64,000 nt of DNA from Synechococcales cyanobacterium VAR_4_metabat_354. GTDB lineage: Bacteria > Cyanobacteriota > Cyanobacteriia > Cyanobacteriales > Chamaesiphonaceae. The notes beneath the pieces were generated by a model. The model was given only the letters and a program-made list of their open reading frames with translations. It did not search any database and was not told where the DNA came from. A program made the translations under genes and the position numbers. The DNA lies in NCBI GenBank assembly GCA_031414775.1, contig JANOQI010000046.1, positions 1 to 64,000 of the forward strand. The letters are read 5' to 3'. Of the stretch, positions 54,201 through 62,540 are shown one piece after another; the stretch's first letter is position 1; each line of letters starts with the position of its first letter.

Positions 54201-55553
54201 ATCTTGCAAAACTTTGAGGTTCAGCATCAATTTGAGCGAATTGGCCAAAAAAACATGCTGCTGAATGCTTGGAAGATTATTGACGGCGGCGATACCCCCC
54301 GAATATTGTTGTCGATCGAAGACATTACCGAGCGCCGACAGTTTGAAATTCAGCGGACACAGCTACTCACCCAGGAGCGATTAGCTCGTCAGCAAGCCGA
54401 GACTGCTAATCGAACGAAAGATGATTTTCTGTCTAACCTGTCCCATGAACTACGCAACCCACTAACTGCGATCATTGGTTGGGCGCAGTTACTCCAGACT
54501 CATAAATTAGACCAGGCGCTGATCGATCGCGGTTTAACAATCATCTATCGCAGTGCCAAGGCTCAATCTCAGCTCATTGAAGACATGCTGGATCTCTCCC
54601 GGATTGCCAGCGGTAAATTACAGCTCACCCCACTACGAATCGATTTAGCCTCAGTCATAGAAGCAGCGGTCGATTCTGTCAAACTTTCTGCTGATGCTAA
54701 ATCGATTCAAATTGTTTCCCAGCTGACCCCCACCACGATGATGGGAGATGTCGATCGATTACAGCAAGTGCTGTGGAATTTGCTTTCTAATGCCATTAAG
54801 TTCACGCCCACGGGCGGACGGGTGGACATCACCTTAGCAGCGGTGCAGACTAACGCCGAGATTCGAGTCAGCGATAATGGACAAGGCATCTGGGCAGAGC
54901 TGTTACCCTACGTGTTCGATCGCTTTCGGCAAGGAGATTCCAGCACCACTAAAACCAGTCAGGGCTTAGGATTGGGTTTATCGATCGTCCGGCACATTGT
55001 CGAACTGCACGGTGGCACCGTGCGCGCCGCAAGCCCCGGCGAAGGACAGGGCACTACCATCATCTTGCAGTTTCCCTTAGCAGTTAATCGATCGAGTGAT
55101 TTAAAACCCGCCGTGGTAAAGCCGCTAAAGATTGTAAATCCGGACGTTTCTTCTCTGGAAGGCTTACATATTCTGGCAGTTGATGATGAGGTAGATATCC
55201 TCGACCTGATCAAGTACATTTTGGAAAGTGTGGGCGCCACAGTAACTACTGTCGTTTCTGCAAAGCAAGCGATGACGACTCTACTAGCATCTCCAGGCAA
55301 ATATGATGCCCTCTTAGCTGATATTGGAATGCCCGACGAAGATGGCTTCACCTTGATTCATCAAGTAAGAGCATTGGAGCCTGAGACTGGCGGCCAGATA
55401 CCAGCAGCAGCAATTACGGCGTATATTGGCGACAGAGAAAAGCAACTAGCAATCAATGCTGGGTTCCAAATACACCTAGCCAAACCCATTGAATCAGCTC
55501 AGCTGCTCCGATTGGTGGCACAATTGACTGGGCGACTACCAGAAAGTAAATAA
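51294..55553 (+). CDS. CheB-CheR-PAS-histidine kinase-REC hybrid protein
   Basis: CheB GVAASAGG/IQHL/SGADGDG, CheR VTSFFRD/RIWVAGCSTGEE/ISCRNVLIY, NEELQSTNEEL coil, SHELRNPL, NLLSNAIKFT, REC. Confidence 0.95.
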   Translation: MNPDSPAQQPIFESSEIDTMSQDFNELPSTIAGEAPFPVVGVAASAGGLEAFTQLLSHLPIDTGMAFVLIQHLAPDRESLLTEILARSTTMPVREVENGIAVEPNQVYVIPPNTKMILLKGILQLSPREKMFGKYMPGDAFFISLAADRGHQSIAVVLSGADGDGSLGLKAIKAAGGMTFAQCEDTAKFDSMPNAAIATGNVDFVLSPAQIAEELGNLSRNPLWTCPLPLISTMESLALPNALTTILGLLKSTTGVDFSSYKPKTLHRRIQRRMLLRKLAQLKDYASYLQTHPAEVKALYEEILIHVTSFFRDPAAFELLKIQVFHTITQNKSAEFPIRIWVAGCSTGEEVYSIAICLLEFLADRVTQPPIQIFATDISELAIDKARSGIYAENQMVGVSPERRRRFFYAIEGGNYHISKVVRELCVFARQDLGSDPPFSNVDLISCRNVLIYLGDSLQKRIMPIFHYSLNPTGFLLLGTSESTGKFSDLFRLVDKKYRIYAKQPTATRPTFSFMPSSYSIINGSSSISAALAGEPLMRLATEEFDLQKKVDQIIANHYTPVGVVVDDKMQVLQVRGDIDRYLKLVAGMANFNLFNLVRSELLAELRTAVYQAQRSNLPVTKNGLRLEESPSLALGERSSIINLQVIPFNVPNAKERCFLVLFEESTAISSSSFPVDATTLPGDLEQENMRLRQELAAANQEKMATQEYLQAIIQEHENGNQDLKVANEEILSSNEELQSTNEELETAKEEIQATNEELNTINEELRRRNLELAQVNNDLTNFLASINIPVLMLTNDLRIRRFTPTAQRLFNFIPTDTGRPLSDIRTNLQIPGLETLIAEVLESLSVKELDVQTQDGYWYTLRIRPYRTTENQIDGVVLVLMDIDSLKRSVASVEAARNYAEAIVTTVQVPLIVLESDFRVNTANRSFCKTFQVSPSETARSLIFDLGNGQWNIPGLRSLLEDILANNTILQNFEVQHQFERIGQKNMLLNAWKIIDGGDTPRILLSIEDITERRQFEIQRTQLLTQERLARQQAETANRTKDDFLSNLSHELRNPLTAIIGWAQLLQTHKLDQALIDRGLTIIYRSAKAQSQLIEDMLDLSRIASGKLQLTPLRIDLASVIEAAVDSVKLSADAKSIQIVSQLTPTTMMGDVDRLQQVLWNLLSNAIKFTPTGGRVDITLAAVQTNAEIRVSDNGQGIWAELLPYVFDRFRQGDSSTTKTSQGLGLGLSIVRHIVELHGGTVRAASPGEGQGTTIILQFPLAVNRSSDLKPAVVKPLKIVNPDVSSLEGLHILAVDDEVDILDLIKYILESVGATVTTVVSAKQAMTTLLASPGKYDALLADIGMPDEDGFTLIHQVRALEPETGGQIPAAAITAYIGDREKQLAINAGFQIHLAKPIESAQLLRLVAQLTGRLPESK

Positions 55554-55615
55554 TAAGGAATCTTCTGATTCTTAAAGGGTCATCAAACTCTCTAACCAAT
55601 GTTGTCGTTGTAAAG

Positions 55616-57385
55616 CTATATAGTTGCTGCTGGCCAGGTAAATGAAAATTCACTACCTTTTCCGACCTCTGATGTAACCCAGACCGCACCACCCCGACTT
55701 TCTACAATTTTTTTGACGATCGATAAACCAATTCCTGTTCCTTTGGGATCATCACGCCCTACTAAGGTTTGAAAAATGCCAAAGATCTTTTGATGATTTT
55801 CTGGCGCAATCCCTGGTCCATCGTCAATTACGGTAAATTGCCAAAAAGGTGATTGATCGATCACTTTAATTTCCACTTGGCCATGCGGATGCTGGTGGTA
55901 CTTAATGGCGTTACCAATCAGGTTGGCCAGAACTTGCTTCAGAAGCATAACTGGAGTTGTGATTGTCGGTAAATCAGCTGGAAATTTAATCTGAAACTCA
56001 GCAGGCGGTGCTAGCATATCAACTATCTCGGCTAATAGTTGGCTGATATTTACGGGTACGGAGTCGGTATGTTCTCTGCCCACTAACGCATACTGAAGTA
56101 AACCATTAATCAGTGCATTCATTTGCACTACCCGCGACTGGATTAGTTCTAGCTGGTGTTGATTTTCGGCCGGCAGTTGCCCTTCTAAATCTTGCACCAA
56201 CCAATCGGCCAGATTGGAAATGCCCCGCAACGGGGCTTTGAGATCGTGAGAGGCAATATGCGAAAAATCATCTAATGCTTGGTTGCGCTCTTCTAATAAA
56301 CCGGTGGCTTGCGATAGCAGTAAATTACTCTGTTCAATTTCTTCTAACTGATCGCGCAGTTGATATTCGATTACTTTCTGATTTTCGAGGGTGGCTTGCA
56401 GGTCTGATAATAACTCCGCCTGCTGAATCGCAATCGCAATTTGTAACGATAGTTCATCGAGTAAATTCAGCTCACCCCTTTCCCATTCATGCACTTTTTT
56501 ACAGTGATGAGCAATTAGTAAGCCCCACAACCTCGGTGGACTAAATGGGAGGATGTCTCGGCAGAGAATCGGGACGACTAATACGGCCTTAACCTGAAAC
56601 TGCCGATGCATTTGCACTTGCCAGTCGAGCGGATTAGCAAGTTCAACATTGGAGATCACCAGACTATGACCCTGTAAATAACTGGCGACCTGAGTTGCTT
56701 GCTCGTGCGGTGAGTGATTATTCCCAATCCAACTACCCAGGGCTGGCAGACAATCAGGCAAGACAGATTCAGCAATAATAGTGCCACTTAAATCATGGCC
56801 AGTGCGGTAAATTAGAGTCCGATCGCAGTTTAAAATTTCCCGAGCACCCTCTACCGCCGCTTGGAGAATGCTCGGTAGCTCAACGGCATGGCTAATTTTG
56901 AGAGCAATGGTCGCAAACAACTCTCGTTGTTGGCGCTGTTGCTCGATCTGAGTTTGCAAATTTCGTTCAGTTAGAACATTACTCACGGTGTTTACTAACT
57001 TTTGAGCAGTAAGATACCTTTTAACGAGATAATCTTTTACGCCATATTTCATAACCTCCACCGCCACCGTTTCATTACCTTGGCCAGTCAGCATAATTAC
57101 CAGCGGTAAAGTCCCGGACTGCTTAACTAGATCTCGGAGAAAGTCTAGCCCATCTGCATCAGGAAGTAAGTAGTCTAACAAAATGATATCAGGATGATCT
57201 CGATCGCAAACCTGAAGGGCATCTTCTGCTGATTCGCACTCTAAGATATGACAGCCCAAGTTAGGGGCAGATTCTAAATAGCGACGGTAAGTAGACCTGT
57301 CGATCTCCGAGTCGTCCACTATCAAGATCAGGCAGTCGGACAGCAGTACATTGTCACAAAGTCTAGGTTGGCTAGTGAAAGTCAT
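55616..57385 (-). CDS. REC-GAF-histidine kinase
   Basis: LIVDDS..LLDYLLPD REC; GAF (DRTLIY..IAESV..VKAVLVVPI..LWGLLIAHHC); ASHDLKAPL, NLIGNAIKY, GTGIGL; start at 57385 or 57442. Confidence 0.92.
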   Translation of the reverse strand: MTFTSQPRLCDNVLLSDCLILIVDDSEIDRSTYRRYLESAPNLGCHILECESAEDALQVCDRDHPDIILLDYLLPDADGLDFLRDLVKQSGTLPLVIMLTGQGNETVAVEVMKYGVKDYLVKRYLTAQKLVNTVSNVLTERNLQTQIEQQRQQRELFATIALKISHAVELPSILQAAVEGAREILNCDRTLIYRTGHDLSGTIIAESVLPDCLPALGSWIGNNHSPHEQATQVASYLQGHSLVISNVELANPLDWQVQMHRQFQVKAVLVVPILCRDILPFSPPRLWGLLIAHHCKKVHEWERGELNLLDELSLQIAIAIQQAELLSDLQATLENQKVIEYQLRDQLEEIEQSNLLLSQATGLLEERNQALDDFSHIASHDLKAPLRGISNLADWLVQDLEGQLPAENQHQLELIQSRVVQMNALINGLLQYALVGREHTDSVPVNISQLLAEIVDMLAPPAEFQIKFPADLPTITTPVMLLKQVLANLIGNAIKYHQHPHGQVEIKVIDQSPFWQFTVIDDGPGIAPENHQKIFGIFQTLVGRDDPKGTGIGLSIVKKIVESRGGAVWVTSEVGKGSEFSFTWPAATI

Positions 57386-57516
57386 ATTTAGAAAAGAGTA
57401 AATGCAGTCTGCTTGATCATTATCACCATACATTTTGTACATATGGGTTATTCGTCATGATGTTTTTCGATTCTCGATCAGCAATAGTGCAAAACAACTA
57501 GGCTGATCGGCTAGCT

Positions 57517-58068
57517 TCACCGTTTTAACAGGTGGCGATTCGCCCCTGAAGAAACGCTGCTCACATCAGAGACCGGCAAAATTATGGCTTTGAACCAGTA
57601 ATCTAGCAGCATCTGCATTGATTCTTTCAGCTCATTAATGTTCATTGGTTTTAGCATGTAGCTATTAGCGCCTGCCTGATAACAAGCTGCGATATCTTTG
57701 GGATTGGAGGAAGTACTAAGTATCACTACTGGAATTGTTTTGAGAGCTTCACTCTGTTTAATAGTTGTTAGTACCTCGCGGCCATCTGTCCCCGGCAGAT
57801 TGAGGTCTAAGATAATCAGATCGGGGTATGGCATATCACTAACATCGCTATATTTCCCTGCTCGATCTAGGCAATCCAAAGCATCATCACCATCAATACA
57901 GCGGTGGATAGCTAGTGGCAAAGAATTATACTGGCGGCTAACCTCGATGCCGCTGCGTATCAAAATCCGCTCCCGAGGAAAATCAATAATGCGGCTCAAC
58001 GCTTCAAAGTCTTCGTCACTATCTTCCACGATTAGTAAACTTAGTCGCTGCTGTTGGTTTCTTGTCAT
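57517..58068 (-). CDS. Rcp1/RcpB-like response regulator cognate to the phytochrome
   Basis: LIVEDSDED, ILDLNLPGTDGREVL, STSSNPKDI..CY..GANSY..KP; ATGA overlap with the phytochrome gene. Confidence 0.9.
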   Translation of the reverse strand: MTRNQQQRLSLLIVEDSDEDFEALSRIIDFPRERILIRSGIEVSRQYNSLPLAIHRCIDGDDALDCLDRAGKYSDVSDMPYPDLIILDLNLPGTDGREVLTTIKQSEALKTIPVVILSTSSNPKDIAACYQAGANSYMLKPMNINELKESMQMLLDYWFKAIILPVSDVSSVSSGANRHLLKR

Positions 58069-60374
58069 GGCCGTTGCCCCAGAGTGAAGTAGAAAGTACT
58101 GCCTGCGCCGAGAGTAGAGGTTACGGCGATATTTCCCCCATGACGTTCCACAATCTTTTTTGCGATTGTTAGACCAGCACCAGCGCCAGCGCCCCCACCA
58201 TATTTATAAGCGGGGTGTAGTCGCTTGAAAATTTTAAAGATTGTCTCCAAATGTTTAGTACGAATTCCAATTCCGTTATCTCTAACGAAAAAGATAGTCT
58301 GGGCGGGATCAACCTGGAGCGTTTCTGGCAGCTGTGGGTCAATTTCGGTAGGCAAGATGTACCCAATCTCCACCCATTTAGCCGGCCTGTCATTGTATTC
58401 GATCGCATTACTAATCAGGTTGGTAAACAGCTCAATCACCTGCGTTCGATCGCATTGAAAAATCGGTAATGGGCGGGGTATCCGAAAGTCGGCGGCAGCG
58501 GGGCGGCTAATTTCGATGACATCTAGCACACTCTGCACTACTTCACCCAGATCGATCGCCTCAAACAGCAGTTCGGCGCGACCAAACTGGGAATAGTGCA
58601 GCAAAGAATCAATTAAATCTTCCATACGCCGCGTTAGCCGCATCAAAGTATCTAGTTTGCGGGTGCCATCGGCTCCTAATTGCTGGCCATAATCTTCAAT
58701 TAAAAAAGTAGAATAGTTATGGATACCACGTAGTGGTTCTTTGAGATCGTGAGAGGCGATATAAGCAAAAGAATCCAACTCGATGTTGCTGCGCTCCAGT
58801 TCCTTATTTAGTAAGGCTAGTTCATCGGCCTTTTGGAGCACAATCCCAATGATGCGGCTGCGCAGTTCTAGAGCGGCATCAATTTCGTAGGCTTTCCAAG
58901 GCAGCGCAGTGAGCTGGATTGTTTCTTTCCACAGCTCGAAGGATTTTCGGGGCTTGAGCTGGCGATCGACATCCGTTCCATCAGTGCCAGCGGTCTTATG
59001 CGGTTCGCCAGCCCAATCAATAGTTTGAATCACTTCTGGCCGGAACCAGAGCAAATAAGTCTGCTGTACTCGGGCAATTCGCAGCGCTAGCAGCCCGCTT
59101 GCTACATCTTTGTAAGGAGCGAACTGCGGATAGTCTGTCACCAAGGTATTGGTGCTGTAGATGGCATCTTCGCCGATACGTTGGTTAACCCATTCTATTA
59201 AACCGGCAATTGTAGCGGCTGGTGGGGTATTACCAAAAGTTGAAACCTTACTACCTTCACAAAAAATGACACTAGCAGCCCCCAGTAAATCCATCAAATC
59301 GCGCTGGTTTTGATGGAATCCATCACCGAGGGTTTGACAGTTGGCAATGGTATTCACAAACCGTGCTTGGACTGCCTGGAGTTTTATTTTGGAGTCTAAA
59401 TCTTCATTATTGGCTTTCGATGTCACCTCAAACGAAATCACCTGACCCAGAAACTCACAGATCGTGCGGGTCTCGTACGAGAGTCTTTTGGGAGAGCGAT
59501 GATGACAAGCCAGCAGCCCCCATAATTGGTGGTCATGCAACAAAGAAATAGACATGGATGCGCGCACGCCCATGTTTTCTAAATATTCGGTGTGCAGGGG
59601 CGAGACGCTGCGCAGTACGGACAGGCTCAGATCGAGCGGCGCAGACGTAATGGGATTTAGCTCGGGTTCTAAGTAAACTTGATCAGACAAGGCATCTGGG
59701 ATAATGCGGAGCAAACTGAGGCGATAGAGTTCTTTGGCCTGCTGAGGGATATCGTTAGCTGGGTAGTGCAAACCCAAAAACGACCCAGAATCGGTACTTT
59801 TATTTTCGGCAATGACATGGCCGGAACCATCTTTGTGAAAGCGATAAAGCATTACTCGATCGAACCCGGTAATGTTGCGGATGACGGTGACGGCTTGCTG
59901 TGCGACTTCCGTTAGGTTCTGCGTATTTTGCAAATGGTCGAGCGGTGCTTTGACAAATTTATAGAAGTCAAAGAAGCTGACGGCTTGTTGTTCGATCGAT
60001 CGTTCCAGCTCTAAAATAATCACCCGATCAGTCCGATGTACAACCCCTTCAAATGCCTGGGGCTGACCACCCACCGAGAGCATCAGCCGCAGCGGATTAA
60101 CATTTTCAAACTCGGCATTTAAACAATCCCGGATCGTTGAAATCTGCTCTGGCTGCATCAAAATCGAGAGCGGCTGTCCCAGCAAAGCAATAGGTTCCTT
60201 GCCCAGAAAAGCTGCTGAGTTTTGACTGATCTGTAAAATCACCAAATCAGCTTCTGTAAATGTCAGCAGAACACCATGGGATTGAATCGCATTGGAGATG
60301 TGAATCGGTTCTCGATCGCAAGTAGTCAAAGATAAATCGGACTGTGCCAATTCCGGATCGGTAAGATTCGTCAT
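58065..60374 (-). CDS. Bacteriophytochrome-type (CphB/AphB-like) PAS-GAF-PHY histidine kinase
   Basis: TTCDREPIH N-terminal Cys, YPANDIP, LRSVSPLH, PRKSF tongue, ASHDLKEPLRG; start at 60374 or 60413. Confidence 0.95.
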   Translation of the reverse strand: MTNLTDPELAQSDLSLTTCDREPIHISNAIQSHGVLLTFTEADLVILQISQNSAAFLGKEPIALLGQPLSILMQPEQISTIRDCLNAEFENVNPLRLMLSVGGQPQAFEGVVHRTDRVIILELERSIEQQAVSFFDFYKFVKAPLDHLQNTQNLTEVAQQAVTVIRNITGFDRVMLYRFHKDGSGHVIAENKSTDSGSFLGLHYPANDIPQQAKELYRLSLLRIIPDALSDQVYLEPELNPITSAPLDLSLSVLRSVSPLHTEYLENMGVRASMSISLLHDHQLWGLLACHHRSPKRLSYETRTICEFLGQVISFEVTSKANNEDLDSKIKLQAVQARFVNTIANCQTLGDGFHQNQRDLMDLLGAASVIFCEGSKVSTFGNTPPAATIAGLIEWVNQRIGEDAIYSTNTLVTDYPQFAPYKDVASGLLALRIARVQQTYLLWFRPEVIQTIDWAGEPHKTAGTDGTDVDRQLKPRKSFELWKETIQLTALPWKAYEIDAALELRSRIIGIVLQKADELALLNKELERSNIELDSFAYIASHDLKEPLRGIHNYSTFLIEDYGQQLGADGTRKLDTLMRLTRRMEDLIDSLLHYSQFGRAELLFEAIDLGEVVQSVLDVIEISRPAAADFRIPRPLPIFQCDRTQVIELFTNLISNAIEYNDRPAKWVEIGYILPTEIDPQLPETLQVDPAQTIFFVRDNGIGIRTKHLETIFKIFKRLHPAYKYGGGAGAGAGLTIAKKIVERHGGNIAVTSTLGAGSTFYFTLGQRP

Positions 60375-60553
60375 GCGCTCTTTAACTTGCGAGATGATAT
60401 CCAATGAAGTCATACTGACACCTGCTCGATTCTAGTTCCGATGCTGCCTACATTATCGCACTTGCTCGCAACAGCAAGGCCGCAAAGGTTTTGATCTCTA
60501 TCGATCGGCAGAGCTGATGCCTAGAAAATAGTAGTTAAAATCTATCGTTTGGT

Positions 60554-61636
60554 TTATTTCTCTGTTGAAATAATATGAATATCAACATTTTTGAGCAAAC
60601 GCAGGATCTTCTGTGTCAAGGAGCCTTTCCAGAAGATGTGCCAGCGCGATTTCTGACTTTCACCGATAACAATTTGGGTAATTCGATACTGTTGGGCAGT
60701 CTGCGCGATGGCCTTGACCACATGATAGTCTCGTAGATGAATAAACTCACCGCCAAATTCTTGACAGAGCCGTTCGCAGGTGGCAATGTGTAAGCTTTCT
60801 GATTTCGTTAAAAATCGATCTGGATCATTGACAAATAATACATAAAATTGACCGTGCATATATCCGGCAATTCGCGCTCCTCGCCGCAGTAATTGGATGG
60901 AATTGGGATAGGTAGAAACACAAGCTAATACTCGTTCGTGAATGTTGCATGTCGCCTGAGTATTAGGATTGCCATTAAACTGCTCGGTGTCTTCAATATT
61001 ATTGGCGACTTCTCGCAATGCCAACTCCCGCAGAGCTACCAAATGGCGACGCTGAAAAAAATTATTCAGAGATCTGTCGATCTTTTCGGGGGCATAAATC
61101 TTCCCATCGCGGAGTCGTTCTTGCAGGGTTTCTGGAGTGACGTCAACAACGATAACCTCATCAGCAGTTTCCAATATTCGATCGGGAATTCTTTCTCTGA
61201 CTACAATGCCAGTTAGTTGGGCAACTATATCATTTAAGCTTTCGAGATGTTGGATATTGACAGTGGAATAAACATCAATACCGGCGGCTAAAATGTATTC
61301 GACATCCTGATAACGTTTTTCTCGCTCGGAGCCAGGAATATTGGTATGTGCTAACTCGTCAATTAACACTAATTGCGGTTGACGATCAAGGATGGCGGCA
61401 ACATCCATCTCGGTAAGAGTGACATTTTGCCAGGTAATTTGCTGGCGGAGAATTTGCTCCAATCCGATCGCTTTAGCGGCTGTTTCGTCTCGGTTGTGCG
61501 TCTCCAGCAAACCGATCACCACGTCAATTCCTTCGGCACGCAGTTGATGTCCTTCTTCTAACATCCGGTAGGTTTTACCGACACCAGGACTCATGCCGAT
61601 AAAAATTTTGTGTTTGCCACGCCGATAGGTTTCCAT
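60554..61636 (-). CDS. kdpD: Short cyanobacterial KdpD (KdpD N-terminal + USP domain, no TM or kinase)
   Basis: GKHKIFIGMSPGVGKTYRML, LIDELAHTN, TVNIQHLESLND, ALRELALR. Confidence 0.93.
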   Translation of the reverse strand: METYRRGKHKIFIGMSPGVGKTYRMLEEGHQLRAEGIDVVIGLLETHNRDETAAKAIGLEQILRQQITWQNVTLTEMDVAAILDRQPQLVLIDELAHTNIPGSEREKRYQDVEYILAAGIDVYSTVNIQHLESLNDIVAQLTGIVVRERIPDRILETADEVIVVDVTPETLQERLRDGKIYAPEKIDRSLNNFFQRRHLVALRELALREVANNIEDTEQFNGNPNTQATCNIHERVLACVSTYPNSIQLLRRGARIAGYMHGQFYVLFVNDPDRFLTKSESLHIATCERLCQEFGGEFIHLRDYHVVKAIAQTAQQYRITQIVIGESQKSRWHIFWKGSLTQKILRLLKNVDIHIISTEK

Positions 61637-61655
61637 TGATATCGCAGTTGTGTAG

Positions 61656-62291
61656 TTAATTTAGAGCATCTAGGGCTAAGTTCAATTTCAGTACATTTAC
61701 ACCAGGTTCGCCGAAGATGCCGAGGGATCGATTATCGGTATTCTGGGCGATGAGGGTTTGTAGTTGATCGGGTGATAGCTTACGCATTTGGGCAATGTGT
61801 TGAATCTGTGCTCGTGCGGCCTCGGGGGTAATATGCGGGTCGAGACTGGAACCGGAGGTATAAAGTAAATCGGCGGTGGGTTGGATACCGACCTGTTGCA
61901 GCCTGGGGAGATCGCCAGCAATTGCTTTTTGGGGATCGGGGTCACTTTTGCCTTTGATCCGATCGAGCAAGGCTGGATTACTAGGCGCGAGATTACTGGC
62001 TCCAGAAATGCCTGTTTTAAGAATTCCAGCCTCGTCTGTTTTGGGGTCAGCGGTGCTATAACTAGTGCTGCTAGGACGATTATTAAAATACCTGTCGCTG
62101 GTAAATGGTTGACCAATTAATGCTGAACCAATTACTTGACCTTGAGCATTTTTAATTAAACTACCATTCGCTTGATAAGGGAAGGCGATCTGGGAGATTG
62201 CTAACATTGCAAATGGATAAATCACTGCGACTAATAGCCAGAGAACTAATGTCGATCGAATTGCTCTCACAATTTCACGTACTGGATTCAT
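61656..62291 (-). CDS. kdpC: K+-transporting ATPase subunit C
   Basis: FPYQANGSL, GSALIGQPF, SGASNLAPSN, TSGSSLDPHI, GEPGVNVLKLNLALD. Confidence 0.97.
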   Translation of the reverse strand: MNPVREIVRAIRSTLVLWLLVAVIYPFAMLAISQIAFPYQANGSLIKNAQGQVIGSALIGQPFTSDRYFNNRPSSTSYSTADPKTDEAGILKTGISGASNLAPSNPALLDRIKGKSDPDPQKAIAGDLPRLQQVGIQPTADLLYTSGSSLDPHITPEAARAQIQHIAQMRKLSPDQLQTLIAQNTDNRSLGIFGEPGVNVLKLNLALDALN

Positions 62292-62296
62292 AATTT

Positions 62297-62527
62297 TTAA
62301 AACCGTTCTGGTTGAAACATCACCATAAATAAATAGATCGAAAGACTCACAGTGCCCATCCCTAAAATACCTAGAGCATAAATTTGCGGACGGGAGAAGG
62401 TATCACCGGTGGCGGCCAACACGCTGGAGGCCAGTACTAAGTTAAAACATAGTGCCAAAAACAAATAAGTGGGATATTTCCGCCGACACCAAGCTTGCCA
62501 AACTGTGACCAAATTTTCAGAAATCAT
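62297..62527 (-). CDS. KdpF-like / cyanobacterial KdpG small hydrophobic subunit
   Basis: Two hydrophobic segments, C-terminal YLFMVMFQPERF resembling KdpF; lies between kdpB and kdpC. Confidence 0.8.
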   Translation of the reverse strand: MISENLVTVWQAWCRRKYPTYLFLALCFNLVLASSVLAATGDTFSRPQIYALGILGMGTVSLSIYLFMVMFQPERF

Positions 62528-62540
62528 ACGTTTATATTAG

